A stretch of DNA of 64,000 nucleotides from Bacteroidia bacterium. GTDB lineage: Bacteria; Bacteroidota; Bacteroidia; AKYH767-A; OLB10. The notes beneath the pieces are model-generated. The model did not search any database. It worked only from the letters and a program-made list of their open reading frames with translations, and was not told where the DNA came from. Made by a program: the position numbers and the translations under genes. Below are positions 28,224 through 39,105 of this stretch, in pieces; the first letter of the stretch is position 1, and the number at the start of each line of letters is the position of its first letter. Where the stretch lies: assembly GCA_038215705.1 (NCBI GenBank), contig JBBQQQ010000012.1, positions 6,523 to 70,522 of the forward strand, given 5' to 3'.

Positions 28224-28424
28224 ATTGGACATTGGACATTGGACATTGGACATTGGTCATTCACCTGTCACCGTCACCCTTCTCTCCGAACCGGGCAGGC
28301 TTGTCACTCGCCACTCGTTACTCGTCACTCGTCACTGCTCACCTGTCACCCGTCTCTCCGAACCGGGCAGGCTTGTCACTCGCCACTCGTTACTCGTCAC
28401 TGCTCACCTGTCACTCGTCACGTC
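28224..28424. repeat. heptamer micro-repeat region in the dxr-rseP spacer
   Basis: (ATTGGAC)x4 at 28224..28251, then ATTGGTC, ATTCACC, TGTCACC. Two direct units follow (28281..28352 and 28353..28417), each being TCTCTCCGAACCGGGCAGGCTT plus (GTCACTC-like)n, and they differ by exactly one heptad. Confidence 0.92.
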
Positions 28425-28443
28425 TAATTTTCCCCGAAGTTAC

Positions 28444-29619
28444 CTAAATCTCTTTCAAATCGGCAAATTCCATGGCAACCCTCCTGGCTTGTTCATTACT
28501 GTTAACATAATCTTCCAGGTCTGGTTTTTCCACAAACGTACTCTTTTCCATAACGTGTTCGATCAGTTCGGGTATGGTATTAAATTTTATTTTTTCCCTG
28601 AGAAAGGCAGCCACTGCAACTTCATTGGCAGCATTCACGATACAGGCAAGGTTACCACCTTTCGACATGGCTGTTTCAGCAAGGCCCAGGCACCGGAAGG
28701 TTGTGCGGTCGGGAGGTTCAAAGGTGAGAGTAGGATATTTTATGAAATCAAACCGTGGAAAAGCCGATTTCATGCGGGCAGGATAGCCCAGCGCAAACTG
28801 GATGGGTAATTTCATATCGGGTAAACCCATTTGAGCTTTCATGGATCCATCCTCAAACTGAACGATGGAATGAATTATAGATTGTGGATGAACAATTACT
28901 TCGATGCGGGAAGGATCCAGGCGGAACAGCCACTTTGCTTCAATCATTTCAAGCCCTTTGTTCATGAGGGTAGCTGAATCGATGGTGATTTTAGCTCCCA
29001 TCGACCAGTTGGGATGTTTGAGCGCCTGGGCCAGGGTAACGTGTTCAAGATCCGCCGATGTCTTTCCCCGGAAAGGGCCACCCGAGGCAGTCAGATAAAT
29101 CTTTTCAATTTTATTATGCCATTCACCCTGAAGACATTGAAAAATGGCGGAATGTTCGGAATCAACCGGCAAAATATTCACCGCATGTTCCTGCGCCAGT
29201 CGAGTGACCAGGTCGCCTGCTACTACCAGCGTTTCCTTGTTAGCCAGGCAAATGGGTTTCCCGGCTTTGATGGCTGCAAGGGTAGGTTTTAATCCGGAAT
29301 ACCCGACAAGAGCGGTAATTACCATGTCGATGGTGTCCATAATCACGACCTGTTCAATGGAATCAGCACCTGCAAAAACCTTGATATGATGGGGTTCGAG
29401 GGCGTCTTTTACCTGTGCGTATCGTGATACATCACCAATAACAACCGTATCGGGTTTAAATTTAATGGCCTGTTCAATAAGTAAATCTGCATTGTTTTGT
29501 GCAGAAAGCACCTCCACCGAAAAATGTTCCGCCTGTTCACTGACCACTTCAAGGGTTTGTGTACCTATGGAACCTGTAGAGCCGAGTATTGCAAGGCGTT
29601 TTTTAGGGATCGTTTCCAA
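28444..29619 (-). CDS. dxr: 1-deoxy-D-xylulose-5-phosphate reductoisomerase
   Basis: NADPH motif ILGSTGSIGTQTL, plus LANKE, DSEHSAIFQC and NKGLE signatures. Confidence 0.95.
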   Translation of the reverse strand: METIPKKRLAILGSTGSIGTQTLEVVSEQAEHFSVEVLSAQNNADLLIEQAIKFKPDTVVIGDVSRYAQVKDALEPHHIKVFAGADSIEQVVIMDTIDMVITALVGYSGLKPTLAAIKAGKPICLANKETLVVAGDLVTRLAQEHAVNILPVDSEHSAIFQCLQGEWHNKIEKIYLTASGGPFRGKTSADLEHVTLAQALKHPNWSMGAKITIDSATLMNKGLEMIEAKWLFRLDPSRIEVIVHPQSIIHSIVQFEDGSMKAQMGLPDMKLPIQFALGYPARMKSAFPRFDFIKYPTLTFEPPDRTTFRCLGLAETAMSKGGNLACIVNAANEVAVAAFLREKIKFNTIPELIEHVMEKSTFVEKPDLEDYVNSNEQARRVAMEFADLKEI

Positions 29620-29620
29620 A

Positions 29621-30523
29621 TTAAAAAGTCATATAATCAACAGGGTTAACCGGGCTTCCGTTATACCATAATTCAAAATGGAGGTGGGGACCGGTGGTAA
29701 GCTCCCCGCTGTTGCCGATGATTGCCAGCACCTCACCGGCTTTTACATAATCACCGGTGTTTTTGAGCAGGGCGGAATTGTGTTTATAAATCGAAAACAA
29801 ATTATTAGAATGCTGAACGGCAATTACATAACCGGTTTCCGAAGTCCAGTCTGCCATTACTACCGTGCCATCCAATGTTGATTTAATTACTTCATTCGGA
29901 GCTGCAACTACGTCGATGCCGTAATGCTTGGTTTGGGTATTGAACATACTGGTAACCGTGCCTTTTACAGGAGTAAAAAAGTAAAAACTGCTTAGGCTGG
30001 AAGCAGCAGTGGAGCCGTTGGCAGAAAGTGTAAAACGGTCCTGCGATTCTATTTGTTGCCTGATAGCTGAATCAGAGGGTGAGGCAGGCTGAAACTGAAT
30101 AGTATCATAGCGGATCAGGGTAGGTGGAATTACCGAGGCAGAATCCGTTCCCGCTGTTCCATTGATAATATTTCTGAGATTTTGCAAATATAAATCCCTC
30201 ACTTCCATGCTTTTCATCAGGGAATCGGTTTTGGAAGTGAGTGCGATCAGTTTACGCTGCATCGACACATCCGCATAACCCGGAATGTATTCCCGCAAAG
30301 GAGTAAATGCAATGATATATATGGTAAATGTAATGAGACTGATTATGATAGTACCGGCAAAAACAAAAACATTCAGAGGTGATAAAGTAAGTGAAACCTT
30401 CTCTTCAAAGGTTTGATCATTCATAATTACCAGGCGGTATTTATTCCGTAATTTCTTGTAAATTTTCTTCTTTGGTTTCTCCACCGGTTGCCCTGATTTA
30501 TTGGTTAAACCAAAAACAATCAT
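29621..30523 (-). CDS. M23 family metallopeptidase, membrane anchored
   Basis: HYGIDV and GNSGELTTGPHLHFEL motifs, with a single N-terminal TM. Confidence 0.85.
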   Translation of the reverse strand: MIVFGLTNKSGQPVEKPKKKIYKKLRNKYRLVIMNDQTFEEKVSLTLSPLNVFVFAGTIIISLITFTIYIIAFTPLREYIPGYADVSMQRKLIALTSKTDSLMKSMEVRDLYLQNLRNIINGTAGTDSASVIPPTLIRYDTIQFQPASPSDSAIRQQIESQDRFTLSANGSTAASSLSSFYFFTPVKGTVTSMFNTQTKHYGIDVVAAPNEVIKSTLDGTVVMADWTSETGYVIAVQHSNNLFSIYKHNSALLKNTGDYVKAGEVLAIIGNSGELTTGPHLHFELWYNGSPVNPVDYMTF

Positions 30524-30645
30524 TAAGTTTGCCTCGGTTTAGCAAGTTTGCAAATATCGCAAAATAACGGAACAGGCGACCTGTTAAAAGAATCACCTTG
30601 TTTCCTTTTTGCACACTAAACATGCAATTTTAAAGTTATTGAAAA

Positions 30646-33363
30646 TTGTCGGAGGCCCATAAGATCTTGAAAGCATCATTTATCAATAAGCCAACTATCC
30701 TTGCATTGCTGGCCATTTTCATTTTGTCGGGACCATCCTGTTCTGTCAGAAAAAATAATATCGTGAGCCGTGAATATCATAAAACACTGGCTCATTATAA
30801 CGGTTATTTCAATGCCCGTGAAAAAGTTAAAGAGGGTGCCAAAACCCTTTACACCGGCCAGATCGACCGGTATGACCGCATTTTGAGCGTTTTTAAGTAT
30901 GGTACAGAAGCGCAGGCCAAGGCTATTTTTCCTGAAATGGATGAGGCAATTAAGAAGGTATCCATCGTGATTCAGCGTCATTCCATGGAGATTGATGGCA
31001 AGGAAAGAAATAAATGGATCGAAGACTGTTACCTTTTGATAGGCAAGGCCCAGTTTTATAAACATGATACCTGGACAGCCATCGAGTCATTTCAGTATGT
31101 GGCCGCTCAATACCGCAGTGAACCTATACGGTATGATGCTTTACTGTGGTTGACACAATGCTACCTGCGGCTGGGTAAAATGCCGGATGCCGATTACCTG
31201 CTTTCCACCCTCAAAGATGACCAGGAATTGCCAACAGATCTGAAAGCATTTTATAATGCAACGTATGCGGATTATTATTTAATGCAGAATGATTTGCCAA
31301 AGGCTGCCGAGCATCTTGAAAAAGCCCGGGCAATGTCAAAAAAACGTATGGATCGTTACCGTTATGCATTCATACTCGGGCAAATTTACCAAAAACTCGA
31401 CAAGCATCCTGAGGCTGTTGCACGGTATGACAATGTAATAAAGTTGAGTCCTCCTTATGAAATGGCATTTAATGCAAGGGTAAACCGTGCACGCAGTGTT
31501 GATGTGAACAGTGATGACGGTAAAGAGATCAGGAAGATGTTGCAGAAAATGCTTACTGATGAAAAAAATACCGAGTATCAGGATCAGATCTATTATGCGC
31601 TTGCAGAAATTTCGCTGAAAGAAAATAATATTCCGGAAGCACTTGAGTTGTTGAAAAAATCAGCAGCTACCAGTGCGGGAAATACCAATCAGAAAGCGTT
31701 ATCATATTTGAAAATGGCTGAAATTTATTTTCAGCAACCGGAGTATAAGCTTGCGCAGATGTACTATGACAGTACAGCAGCAACTATTTCAGAGGATCAT
31801 CCTGATTATCTTGCCATCATCAACACAAAAAATAACCTGAATAAACTTATCAGGAATTTAAATATTATTTATACCGAAGACAGCCTGCAGGCCCTAGCAG
31901 CGAAATCACCTTCTGAGCGTGAAGACATCATTAACCGTTTGATAGATGATGAGAATGCTGAAAAAGCACGTTTGCTGAAAGAGAAAAAAGAACGCGAAGC
32001 GGCAGAGAAAGAAGCTATGGAACAAAATGAAGGAAGTCCGTTCTTTAATTCGCAAAACACGCAGCAGCTTCCCACAAATCAATCAGGTACCGGATGGTAT
32101 TTTTCCAATCAGTCGGCCGTGAGCTTTGGCTTTAATGAATTTATTAGGATGTGGGGAAACCGAAAGCTGGAAGATAACTGGAGACGGTCAACACGAACCA
32201 GTTTTGCAGAAGCTCAGAACCTTGAGGATATAACTGAAGAACTTGACTCCACTGAAATAGTGGACGATGCTGCACGGGATTCCATTCTTGCACTTGATAA
32301 TTCCAAAAGAAAAACTGCATACCTCTCTGCCATTCCATCCACCCCGGAGCAAAAAGCCAAGTCGGATGAAAAAATTGTTGAGGCCTATTACAATGTTGGT
32401 TTGATTTACAAGGAACAACTTAAAGACAATAAAGAATCCAACAAAAATTTCGAAACCCTGTTGCAGCGATATCCTGAAAACGATTATAGAATACCAACAA
32501 TTTATAATCTGTATCGTGTTAATCTCGCTCTTGGTGATGAAGAAAAAGCCAACTATTACAAGAATATTATACTAACGGACTACGCCGATACGGAGTACGC
32601 GAAAATAATTCTAAACCCCGATTACTTCAAGGATCAGCAACGCAAAGTTGCCATTCAAAAAGTTTATTACGAAAATACTTACCGGGCTTATCTTAATAAA
32701 CAATACGACGATGTTATAGAGCGGAAAACTATGGCCGATTCCTTGTTTCCTGCATCCGACCTTGCACCGAAATTTGAATTTTTGCGTGCTATGGCCATAG
32801 GAAAATCGCGTCCACTTCCGGAATTCGAAGCTGCTTTAAAAGGAGTGATCGCACATCATCCCGAAGATACTGTTTCATTCCGGGCTAAGGAGATCCTGGG
32901 AATGATTGATCCTTCCATGTACAACCGGGTTGATTCCGTTGAAAAACCTTCGGGTACACCTGCCCAGGTGGTTGAAGCACCCAAACCAATAACGCCATGG
33001 ACTTTCAGTCCTGATACTATTCAATATGTTGTTTTCATATATATCAACAACGTTATAAGCACAAATGATTTTAAGATCGCCGTATCAAACTACAATAATA
33101 AATTTTACAGCGTGAAAAAATTACAGATCAGCAGTTCATTTGTTGGTGAGGAAAACCAGATGATGATGATCCGGCAGTTTGATAATAAACAGGACGGGGT
33201 GACCTATCTTAACAGCTTAACCTCCGATCCTGAAGCGCTGGTCGATATTGATATCAGCAATGCAAGATATTTCACTATTACTCCCGATAATCTTTTGCTG
33301 CTGATGCAAACTAAAGACATTGACGGGTACGATAGTTTTTATGAAGAGAAGTATTTGAATTAA
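30646..33363 (+). CDS. TPR-repeat lipoprotein, SprE/PorW-like (T9SS/gliding component)
   Basis: Lipoprotein-like N-terminus ...ILSGPSCSVRKNNIVSREYHKTLAHYNGYFNA, which is the pattern I associate with SprE. It also has multiple TPRs and a central charged coiled coil. The start is uncertain (TTG 30646 or TTG 30667). Confidence 0.5.
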   Translation: MSEAHKILKASFINKPTILALLAIFILSGPSCSVRKNNIVSREYHKTLAHYNGYFNAREKVKEGAKTLYTGQIDRYDRILSVFKYGTEAQAKAIFPEMDEAIKKVSIVIQRHSMEIDGKERNKWIEDCYLLIGKAQFYKHDTWTAIESFQYVAAQYRSEPIRYDALLWLTQCYLRLGKMPDADYLLSTLKDDQELPTDLKAFYNATYADYYLMQNDLPKAAEHLEKARAMSKKRMDRYRYAFILGQIYQKLDKHPEAVARYDNVIKLSPPYEMAFNARVNRARSVDVNSDDGKEIRKMLQKMLTDEKNTEYQDQIYYALAEISLKENNIPEALELLKKSAATSAGNTNQKALSYLKMAEIYFQQPEYKLAQMYYDSTAATISEDHPDYLAIINTKNNLNKLIRNLNIIYTEDSLQALAAKSPSEREDIINRLIDDENAEKARLLKEKKEREAAEKEAMEQNEGSPFFNSQNTQQLPTNQSGTGWYFSNQSAVSFGFNEFIRMWGNRKLEDNWRRSTRTSFAEAQNLEDITEELDSTEIVDDAARDSILALDNSKRKTAYLSAIPSTPEQKAKSDEKIVEAYYNVGLIYKEQLKDNKESNKNFETLLQRYPENDYRIPTIYNLYRVNLALGDEEKANYYKNIILTDYADTEYAKIILNPDYFKDQQRKVAIQKVYYENTYRAYLNKQYDDVIERKTMADSLFPASDLAPKFEFLRAMAIGKSRPLPEFEAALKGVIAHHPEDTVSFRAKEILGMIDPSMYNRVDSVEKPSGTPAQVVEAPKPITPWTFSPDTIQYVVFIYINNVISTNDFKIAVSNYNNKFYSVKKLQISSSFVGEENQMMMIRQFDNKQDGVTYLNSLTSDPEALVDIDISNARYFTITPDNLLLLMQTKDIDGYDSFYEEKYLN

Positions 33364-33494
33364 AATACTTCCTTACGGTTGAAACGTATTTCCACGTTGA
33401 CCGATTTCCATTTCTCCACTTTCTTCATGACATAAAAAATTTCCGCATGAGATTTTTGCATGCATCCTGATAACCTTTTCTTGATAATTTCGTA

Positions 33495-33502
33495 TACCTT
33501 TG
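33495..33502 (+). promoter_or_regulatory. -7 box TACCTTTG for the bactofilin gene
   Basis: Exact match 30 nt upstream of ATG 33532. Confidence 0.5.
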
Positions 33503-33531
33503 CTACTCATTAGTATTAAAACCGGGGGAAC

Positions 33532-33963
33532 ATGTTTGACAATATTAAAAACAAAAATGGCCAGCCAAAGGGTTCTGAATCAGGAGGTTCTATTAACCTT
33601 ATTGGCGCAGGAACTGTGATTGAAGGTGAGATTAAATCGATGGGCGATATCCGAATCGATGGAACTATTATCGGCTCAGTAAGTTCAAAATCGAAGGTTG
33701 TGATTGGTACAACCGGGCAGGTTCAGGGAGATATTTATTGTCAGAATGCAGATATTTCAGGCACAATCCAGGGTAAAACCACGGTGACGGAAATGTTATT
33801 TTTAAAAGCCACATCCAGGCTCAATGGCGACATCAGCACCGGAAAACTGGTAGTTGAAGTAGGAGCGAGCTTTACCGGCAATTGCAACATGGGACCAATG
33901 ATTAAGGACATGAAAAATGCCGACAAACCAGCCGAAGTTCAGCTCAAAGAAAAAACAGCTTAA
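33532..33963 (+). CDS. bactofilin (polymer-forming cytoskeletal protein)
   Basis: Repetitive beta-helix pattern IGAGTVIEGEIKSMGDIRIDGTIIGSV...GQVQGDIYC...ISGTIQG. Confidence 0.8.
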   Translation: MFDNIKNKNGQPKGSESGGSINLIGAGTVIEGEIKSMGDIRIDGTIIGSVSSKSKVVIGTTGQVQGDIYCQNADISGTIQGKTTVTEMLFLKATSRLNGDISTGKLVVEVGASFTGNCNMGPMIKDMKNADKPAEVQLKEKTA

Positions 33964-34153
33964 CGAATATGCCCGGTACTCCGCTATGGGTTTCCAAATG
34001 GCGGTTATCATTTTTCTAAGCACCTGGGGCGGCGTGAAACTCGATGAATACCTGGGATTACATAAAATACCTGTTTTTACTCTCTTATTCAGTATTTTAT
34101 CAGTTGTACTCTCGATGTATTATTTCATCAGGGGTTTTATGAAGAAAAAATAA
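33917..34153 (+). CDS. AtpZ/AtpI family small membrane protein
   Basis: EYARYSAMGFQMAVIIFLSTWGGVKLD signature and two TM helices. It sits at the head of the atp operon and overlaps the bactofilin 3' end by 47 nt. Confidence 0.65.
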   Translation: MPTNQPKFSSKKKQLNEYARYSAMGFQMAVIIFLSTWGGVKLDEYLGLHKIPVFTLLFSILSVVLSMYYFIRGFMKKK

Positions 34154-34172
34154 TATCCCAACCAGAATACCT

Positions 34173-34571
34173 ATGAAGCCGTTTGTGAATTTTCTAGTCA
34201 GACTGTTGTTGTATTCCCTTGCCATCGCATTATTATTTTATTTTACAGAACCCCATTTACCGGCTAAAGTTGCTTTCTTCAATTTTTGGTGGATCCAGGT
34301 TGTTGTGATCCTTGCTACTATTGCTTTTCACTATGGATTAACCCGGTCGGTAAAATCGGGAGGGCAGGCTTTCGTCAGGTACTTTATGGGTGCAACTTCA
34401 TTAAAACTCATGGTTTTTATGATGGTAATGATCGTGTATGGGTTGGTTAACAGGGAGTCGGCTTTTGGATTTATCCTTCATTTTTTTATGTTCTACCTTT
34501 TCTATACCATTTTTGAAGTGGCTGTTGCCTATAAACACTTTGGGCCTGCACGTACAGATGAACAAAAGTGA
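34173..34571 (+). CDS. hypothetical 4-TM membrane protein of the atp operon
   Basis: Four hydrophobic helices, located between the atpZ-like gene and atpB. No motif. Confidence 0.5.
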   Translation: MKPFVNFLVRLLLYSLAIALLFYFTEPHLPAKVAFFNFWWIQVVVILATIAFHYGLTRSVKSGGQAFVRYFMGATSLKLMVFMMVMIVYGLVNRESAFGFILHFFMFYLFYTIFEVAVAYKHFGPARTDEQK

Positions 34572-34739
34572 CGCTATCACACGGAATCCTGCCAAATAAT
34601 TTATAATCCCGTTGTTGAATATTTCCTTTTCGGGATGTTATTTTGTTTTGACTTTCAGCAAGTTGGATTATGCTAAAAGACTTTTCAACAACCATAGTAT
34701 TATTTACCCGCTAATGGTTTTTTATTGCCTTTTCCTTTC

Positions 34740-34747
34740 TACCTTTG
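34740..34747 (+). promoter_or_regulatory. -7 box TACCTTTG upstream of atpB
   Basis: Exact match 35 nt upstream of ATG 34782. Confidence 0.5.
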
Positions 34748-34781
34748 CGGTCGTTTTAAAAAGCTAAAAGAGCGTTCCTGA

Positions 34782-35933
34782 ATGAAACCCGGTTCCTTAT
34801 TTTATACATTGAAATTCAACTATTTAATAACACTGCTTTCCCTTGTTTTTCTGCTTTTTGCAGGTAGCACTGCCTGTTACGCCGGTGCTGCGGAGCCGGG
34901 TGCTAAATTTGATCCGGGTAAAATGATTACCGATCACATTACGGATGCTTACGACTGGCATTTATGGGGCTCGGGTGATAAGTCTGTATCAATTCCTCTT
35001 CCTGTAATAGTATATTCCACTGATCTTGGTCTGAAAGTTTTTATGTCTTCAGCATTCCATCATGGTCACGATATTCATGAAGGGCTTGCGCTTAAAAACG
35101 GAAAAGTGGTAGCTGTAAATGAAATGGAAGGCGATGCTGCAACTGCTACTGTGAATGAAGAAAGAACTGCAGGACTTTGGGATATTTCCATAACAAAAAA
35201 TGTGGTGTCACTATTCGTTAGTATTATTTTGCTGATGTATATTTTCCTTTCAGTGGCCAAATCCTATCATGCCCGACCGGGACAAGCACCCCGTGGATTG
35301 CAGGGACTGATTGAACCACTTGTGATTTTTGTGAGAGATGACATTGCCAAATCATCAATCGGCGAAAAAAAATATATGAAGTTTCTTCCTTTCCTGTTAA
35401 CAGCATTCTTTTTTATATGGCTGAATAATTTACTAGGGTTGATTCCGGTTTTTCCGGGAGGAGCTAACCTTACGGGAAGTATTTCCATCACGCTTACTCT
35501 TGCAGCAATAACATTTATAATTGTTTTATTGAATGGGAGCAAGCATTACTGGCATCACATTTTTGCAATGCCGGGTGTACCGAAGTGGGTTTTATTCCTG
35601 TTGACCCCTATTGAAATTCTGGGCGTTTTTCTCCGGCCGTTTGTATTGATGATCCGACTCTTCGCAAACGTTACCGCGGGGCACATTATCGTGTTATCAT
35701 TCTTCAGTCTCATATTCATCTTTGGTGAAATGGGAGCAGGGGCAGGGTTTGCTGCGGCTGTATTCTCAATTGCATTCACTGTATTCATGACGTGTCTCGA
35801 ACTTCTGGTTGCCTTCCTGCAAGCTTATGTGTTTACATTGTTATCAGCCATTTATATTGGTGCTGCAGTTGAAGAAGCACATCACGATACTCCCGGTCAT
35901 GACGCTAAAGTTGAAGAAGCGCATATCATATAA
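34782..35933 (+). CDS. atpB: F0F1 ATP synthase subunit a
   Basis: Conserved LRPFVLMIRLFANVTAGHI with the essential Arg. There is an N-terminal extension of about 130 aa. Confidence 0.92.
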   Translation: MKPGSLFYTLKFNYLITLLSLVFLLFAGSTACYAGAAEPGAKFDPGKMITDHITDAYDWHLWGSGDKSVSIPLPVIVYSTDLGLKVFMSSAFHHGHDIHEGLALKNGKVVAVNEMEGDAATATVNEERTAGLWDISITKNVVSLFVSIILLMYIFLSVAKSYHARPGQAPRGLQGLIEPLVIFVRDDIAKSSIGEKKYMKFLPFLLTAFFFIWLNNLLGLIPVFPGGANLTGSISITLTLAAITFIIVLLNGSKHYWHHIFAMPGVPKWVLFLLTPIEILGVFLRPFVLMIRLFANVTAGHIIVLSFFSLIFIFGEMGAGAGFAAAVFSIAFTVFMTCLELLVAFLQAYVFTLLSAIYIGAAVEEAHHDTPGHDAKVEEAHII

Positions 35934-35961
35934 TATAAATAGACATTCATATATTCATTAA

Positions 35962-36261
<300 letters not shown>

Positions 36262-36364
36262 ACCTTACCTTAAAACCCGTTGTGCAGCGCTTGGCTGCAT
36301 AACGGGTTTATTAACGATCAAAGAGAATATTTAAATAATACGTTCAAAATAAGAATATCAATCA

Positions 36365-36859
36365 ATGGAATTAGTAAAACCCGCATTTGGTTTAGTTTTC
36401 TGGATGTTGATTTCATTCGGAATCATTGTTTTCCTGTTAAAGAAATTTGCATGGCCGGTCATACTTGGTGCACTCGATGAAAGAGAACGCTCCATATCTG
36501 AAGCTTTAAATTCCGCACAGCGGGCCAAGGAAGAAATGGCCGGATTGAAAGCCGACAATGAAAAATTGTTGCTCGAGGCCCGTAACCAGCGAGACATTAT
36601 TCTTAAGGAAGCACGCGATGCAAAAGATTCGATTATCAATGATGCGAAATCAAAAGCTACTGAAGAAGCAGATCGCTTACGCAAGCTGGCAAGAGAAGAT
36701 ATACAGAATGAAAAAATGGCAGCTATCACCGATCTGAAAAACCAGGTGGCAGTGCTTTCCATTGAGATCGCTGAAAAAGTGATTCGTCAGCAATTAGGTA
36801 CCGATGCCCAACAAAAAGCCCTGGTAACCGAATTGTTGAAAGATGTAAAAATGAATTGA
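36365..36859 (+). CDS. atpF: F0F1 ATP synthase subunit b
   Basis: One N-terminal TM then a long charged helix, in the expected operon position. Confidence 0.88.
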   Translation: MELVKPAFGLVFWMLISFGIIVFLLKKFAWPVILGALDERERSISEALNSAQRAKEEMAGLKADNEKLLLEARNQRDIILKEARDAKDSIINDAKSKATEEADRLRKLAREDIQNEKMAAITDLKNQVAVLSIEIAEKVIRQQLGTDAQQKALVTELLKDVKMN

Positions 36860-36878
36860 TTTTTTAGATCACCTAAAA

Positions 36879-37436
36879 ATGGCTGAAACAAAAGTAGCAC
36901 GGCGTTATGCAAAATCCCTTCTCGACCTGGGAAAGGAACGCAATATCACTGAGCTTTTATTTAATGACATGACCCTGGTTGCAAATACTATTAAAGCTAA
37001 CCGGGAATTGTCAGTGATGTTTAAATCCCCTGTGATTAACACCGATAAAAAGGATGCTATTCTAAAGGAAATGTTTGGCTCTAAAATTAATGAGGCGAGC
37101 CTTGAATTCATGCGCATCATTACCCGTAAAAAGCGTGAATATTATATTGAAGATATTGCAAAGTCATTCATTGATCTCTTTAAGGTCTATAAAAACATAC
37201 AGCCTGCCTACGTTATAACGGCAGTGCCTATGGACGAAACGCTGAGAAATGAAATGCTTTCCATAGTTAAAAATGAAACCGGAAGTTCCATTGAATTACA
37301 GGAGATAGTGGATCCTTCAATAATCGGTGGTTTTATCCTCCATTGGGGCGACAGGCAGATCGATGCTTCGGTAACCAATAAACTCAATGCACTGAGAAAG
37401 GATTTCAGTAATAATCTTTACTTAAAAGACTTTTAA
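36879..37436 (+). CDS. atpH: F0F1 ATP synthase subunit delta (OSCP)
   Basis: VARRYAKSLLDLG N-terminus and a C-terminal IGGFIL...D.S motif, in the expected operon position. Confidence 0.88.
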   Translation: MAETKVARRYAKSLLDLGKERNITELLFNDMTLVANTIKANRELSVMFKSPVINTDKKDAILKEMFGSKINEASLEFMRIITRKKREYYIEDIAKSFIDLFKVYKNIQPAYVITAVPMDETLRNEMLSIVKNETGSSIELQEIVDPSIIGGFILHWGDRQIDASVTNKLNALRKDFSNNLYLKDF

Positions 37437-37473
37437 TAAAGTAATTGTTTCAATTATTATAATACTATAAAAA

Positions 37474-39057
37474 ATGGCAGAAGTAAGACCCGATGAAGTA
37501 TCAGCAATTTTAAGACAACAGCTTGCCGACTTCAAATCAGAGAGCGAACTTGAACAGGTTGGTACCGTACTCCAGGTGGGTGATGGTATCGCCCGTATTT
37601 ACGGACTCACCAAAGTTCAGTCAGGTGAGTTGATCGAATTTAAAAGCGGCCTTCGTGGTATCGTTTTGAACCTCGAAGAAGATAACGTAGGTGCTGTATT
37701 GCTGGGTCAGTCGAACGACATCCGCGAAGGCGATGTGGTAAAACGTACAGGGAAAATTGCTTCAATCAATGTAGGTGAAGGAATGGTAGGACGTGTAGTG
37801 GATACATTGGGTCACCCCATCGATGGAAAAGGACCTATACAAGGTGAATTACTTGAGATGCCACTCGAAAGAAAAGCTCCCGGTGTAATTTACCGTCAGC
37901 CTGTGAAAGAACCGCTTCAAACAGGAATCAAAGCGATTGACGCAATGATCCCGATTGGCCGTGGTCAGCGTGAGTTGATCATTGGTGATCGCCAGACAGG
38001 AAAAACTGCGGTTGCAATTGATACTATTATCAATCAAAAGGAATTTTACGAAAGAGGTGAGACCGTTTATTGCATTTATGTAGCCATTGGACAAAAAGGA
38101 TCTACAGTTGCAAATATATTAAAGACACTGGAAGAGAATGGTGCTATGGCCTATACGGTTATTGTTTCCGCTACTGCTTCCGATCCTGCTCCTATGCAGT
38201 TTTTTGCTCCAATGTCGGGTGCTGCAATCGGTGAATATTTCCGCGATACCGGCCGTCCTGCTCTGATCATTTATGATGATCTTTCAAAGCAGGCTGTTGC
38301 TTACCGCGAAGTTTCCCTGTTGTTACGCCGCCCACCCGGACGCGAGGCCTATCCCGGTGATGTATTTTATTTACACTCACGTTTGCTTGAGCGTGCCGCT
38401 AAGATTATTGAGTCGGACGAAATTGCAAGCCAGATGAATGACCTTCCTGAAACTTTAAAAGGTAAAGTGAAAGGTGGCGGGTCGCTTACTGCACTTCCGA
38501 TTATTGAAACACAGGCAGGTGATGTGTCAGCATATATCCCTACTAACGTTATTTCCATTACCGACGGACAAATTTTTCTTGAGGCTAACCTGTTCAATGC
38601 CGGTGTTCGTCCCGCAATTAACGTAGGTATATCGGTATCGCGTGTGGGAGGTAATGCACAGATCAAATCAATGAAAAAAGTTGCAGGTACCCTGAAACTT
38701 GACCAGGCACAGTATCGCGAGTTGGAAGCATTTTCAAAATTCGGATCTGACCTGGATGCTGCTACTAAATCCGTTCTCGACAAAGGATCACGTAACGTGG
38801 AAATTTTGAAACAGGGACAGTATTCTCCAATGTCTGTTGAAAAACAGGTGGCCATAATTTATTGCGGAACAAAAGGTTTACTACGAGAAGTTCCCTTGAA
38901 GGATATAAGAAATTTTGAAAGAGATTATCTGAACGTGCTTGATGCGCAGTATCGGCCTACACTGGATGCTTTGAAAAAAGGAGAGTTTAATGATCAGATC
39001 ACCGGCGTGCTTGATAAAGTAGCCAAAGAACTGGTGGCAAAATATAGCGTTAAGTAA
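37474..39057 (+). CDS. atpA: F0F1 ATP synthase subunit alpha
   Basis: Walker A GDRQTGKT, with the alpha signature conserved throughout. Confidence 0.97.
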   Translation: MAEVRPDEVSAILRQQLADFKSESELEQVGTVLQVGDGIARIYGLTKVQSGELIEFKSGLRGIVLNLEEDNVGAVLLGQSNDIREGDVVKRTGKIASINVGEGMVGRVVDTLGHPIDGKGPIQGELLEMPLERKAPGVIYRQPVKEPLQTGIKAIDAMIPIGRGQRELIIGDRQTGKTAVAIDTIINQKEFYERGETVYCIYVAIGQKGSTVANILKTLEENGAMAYTVIVSATASDPAPMQFFAPMSGAAIGEYFRDTGRPALIIYDDLSKQAVAYREVSLLLRRPPGREAYPGDVFYLHSRLLERAAKIIESDEIASQMNDLPETLKGKVKGGGSLTALPIIETQAGDVSAYIPTNVISITDGQIFLEANLFNAGVRPAINVGISVSRVGGNAQIKSMKKVAGTLKLDQAQYRELEAFSKFGSDLDAATKSVLDKGSRNVEILKQGQYSPMSVEKQVAIIYCGTKGLLREVPLKDIRNFERDYLNVLDAQYRPTLDALKKGEFNDQITGVLDKVAKELVAKYSVK

Positions 39058-39105
39058 AATCATTTCTTCCCGTCCGGAATCAGGGCAGGAACATTTTAAA
39101 ACTAA

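Noticed and set aside
28182-28809. ORFs MDIGHWTLDIGHW... (81, 71 and 194 aa) on the plus strand.
   Set aside because: They are translations of the heptamer repeats and of the antisense strand of dxr. They have no independent coding signal.
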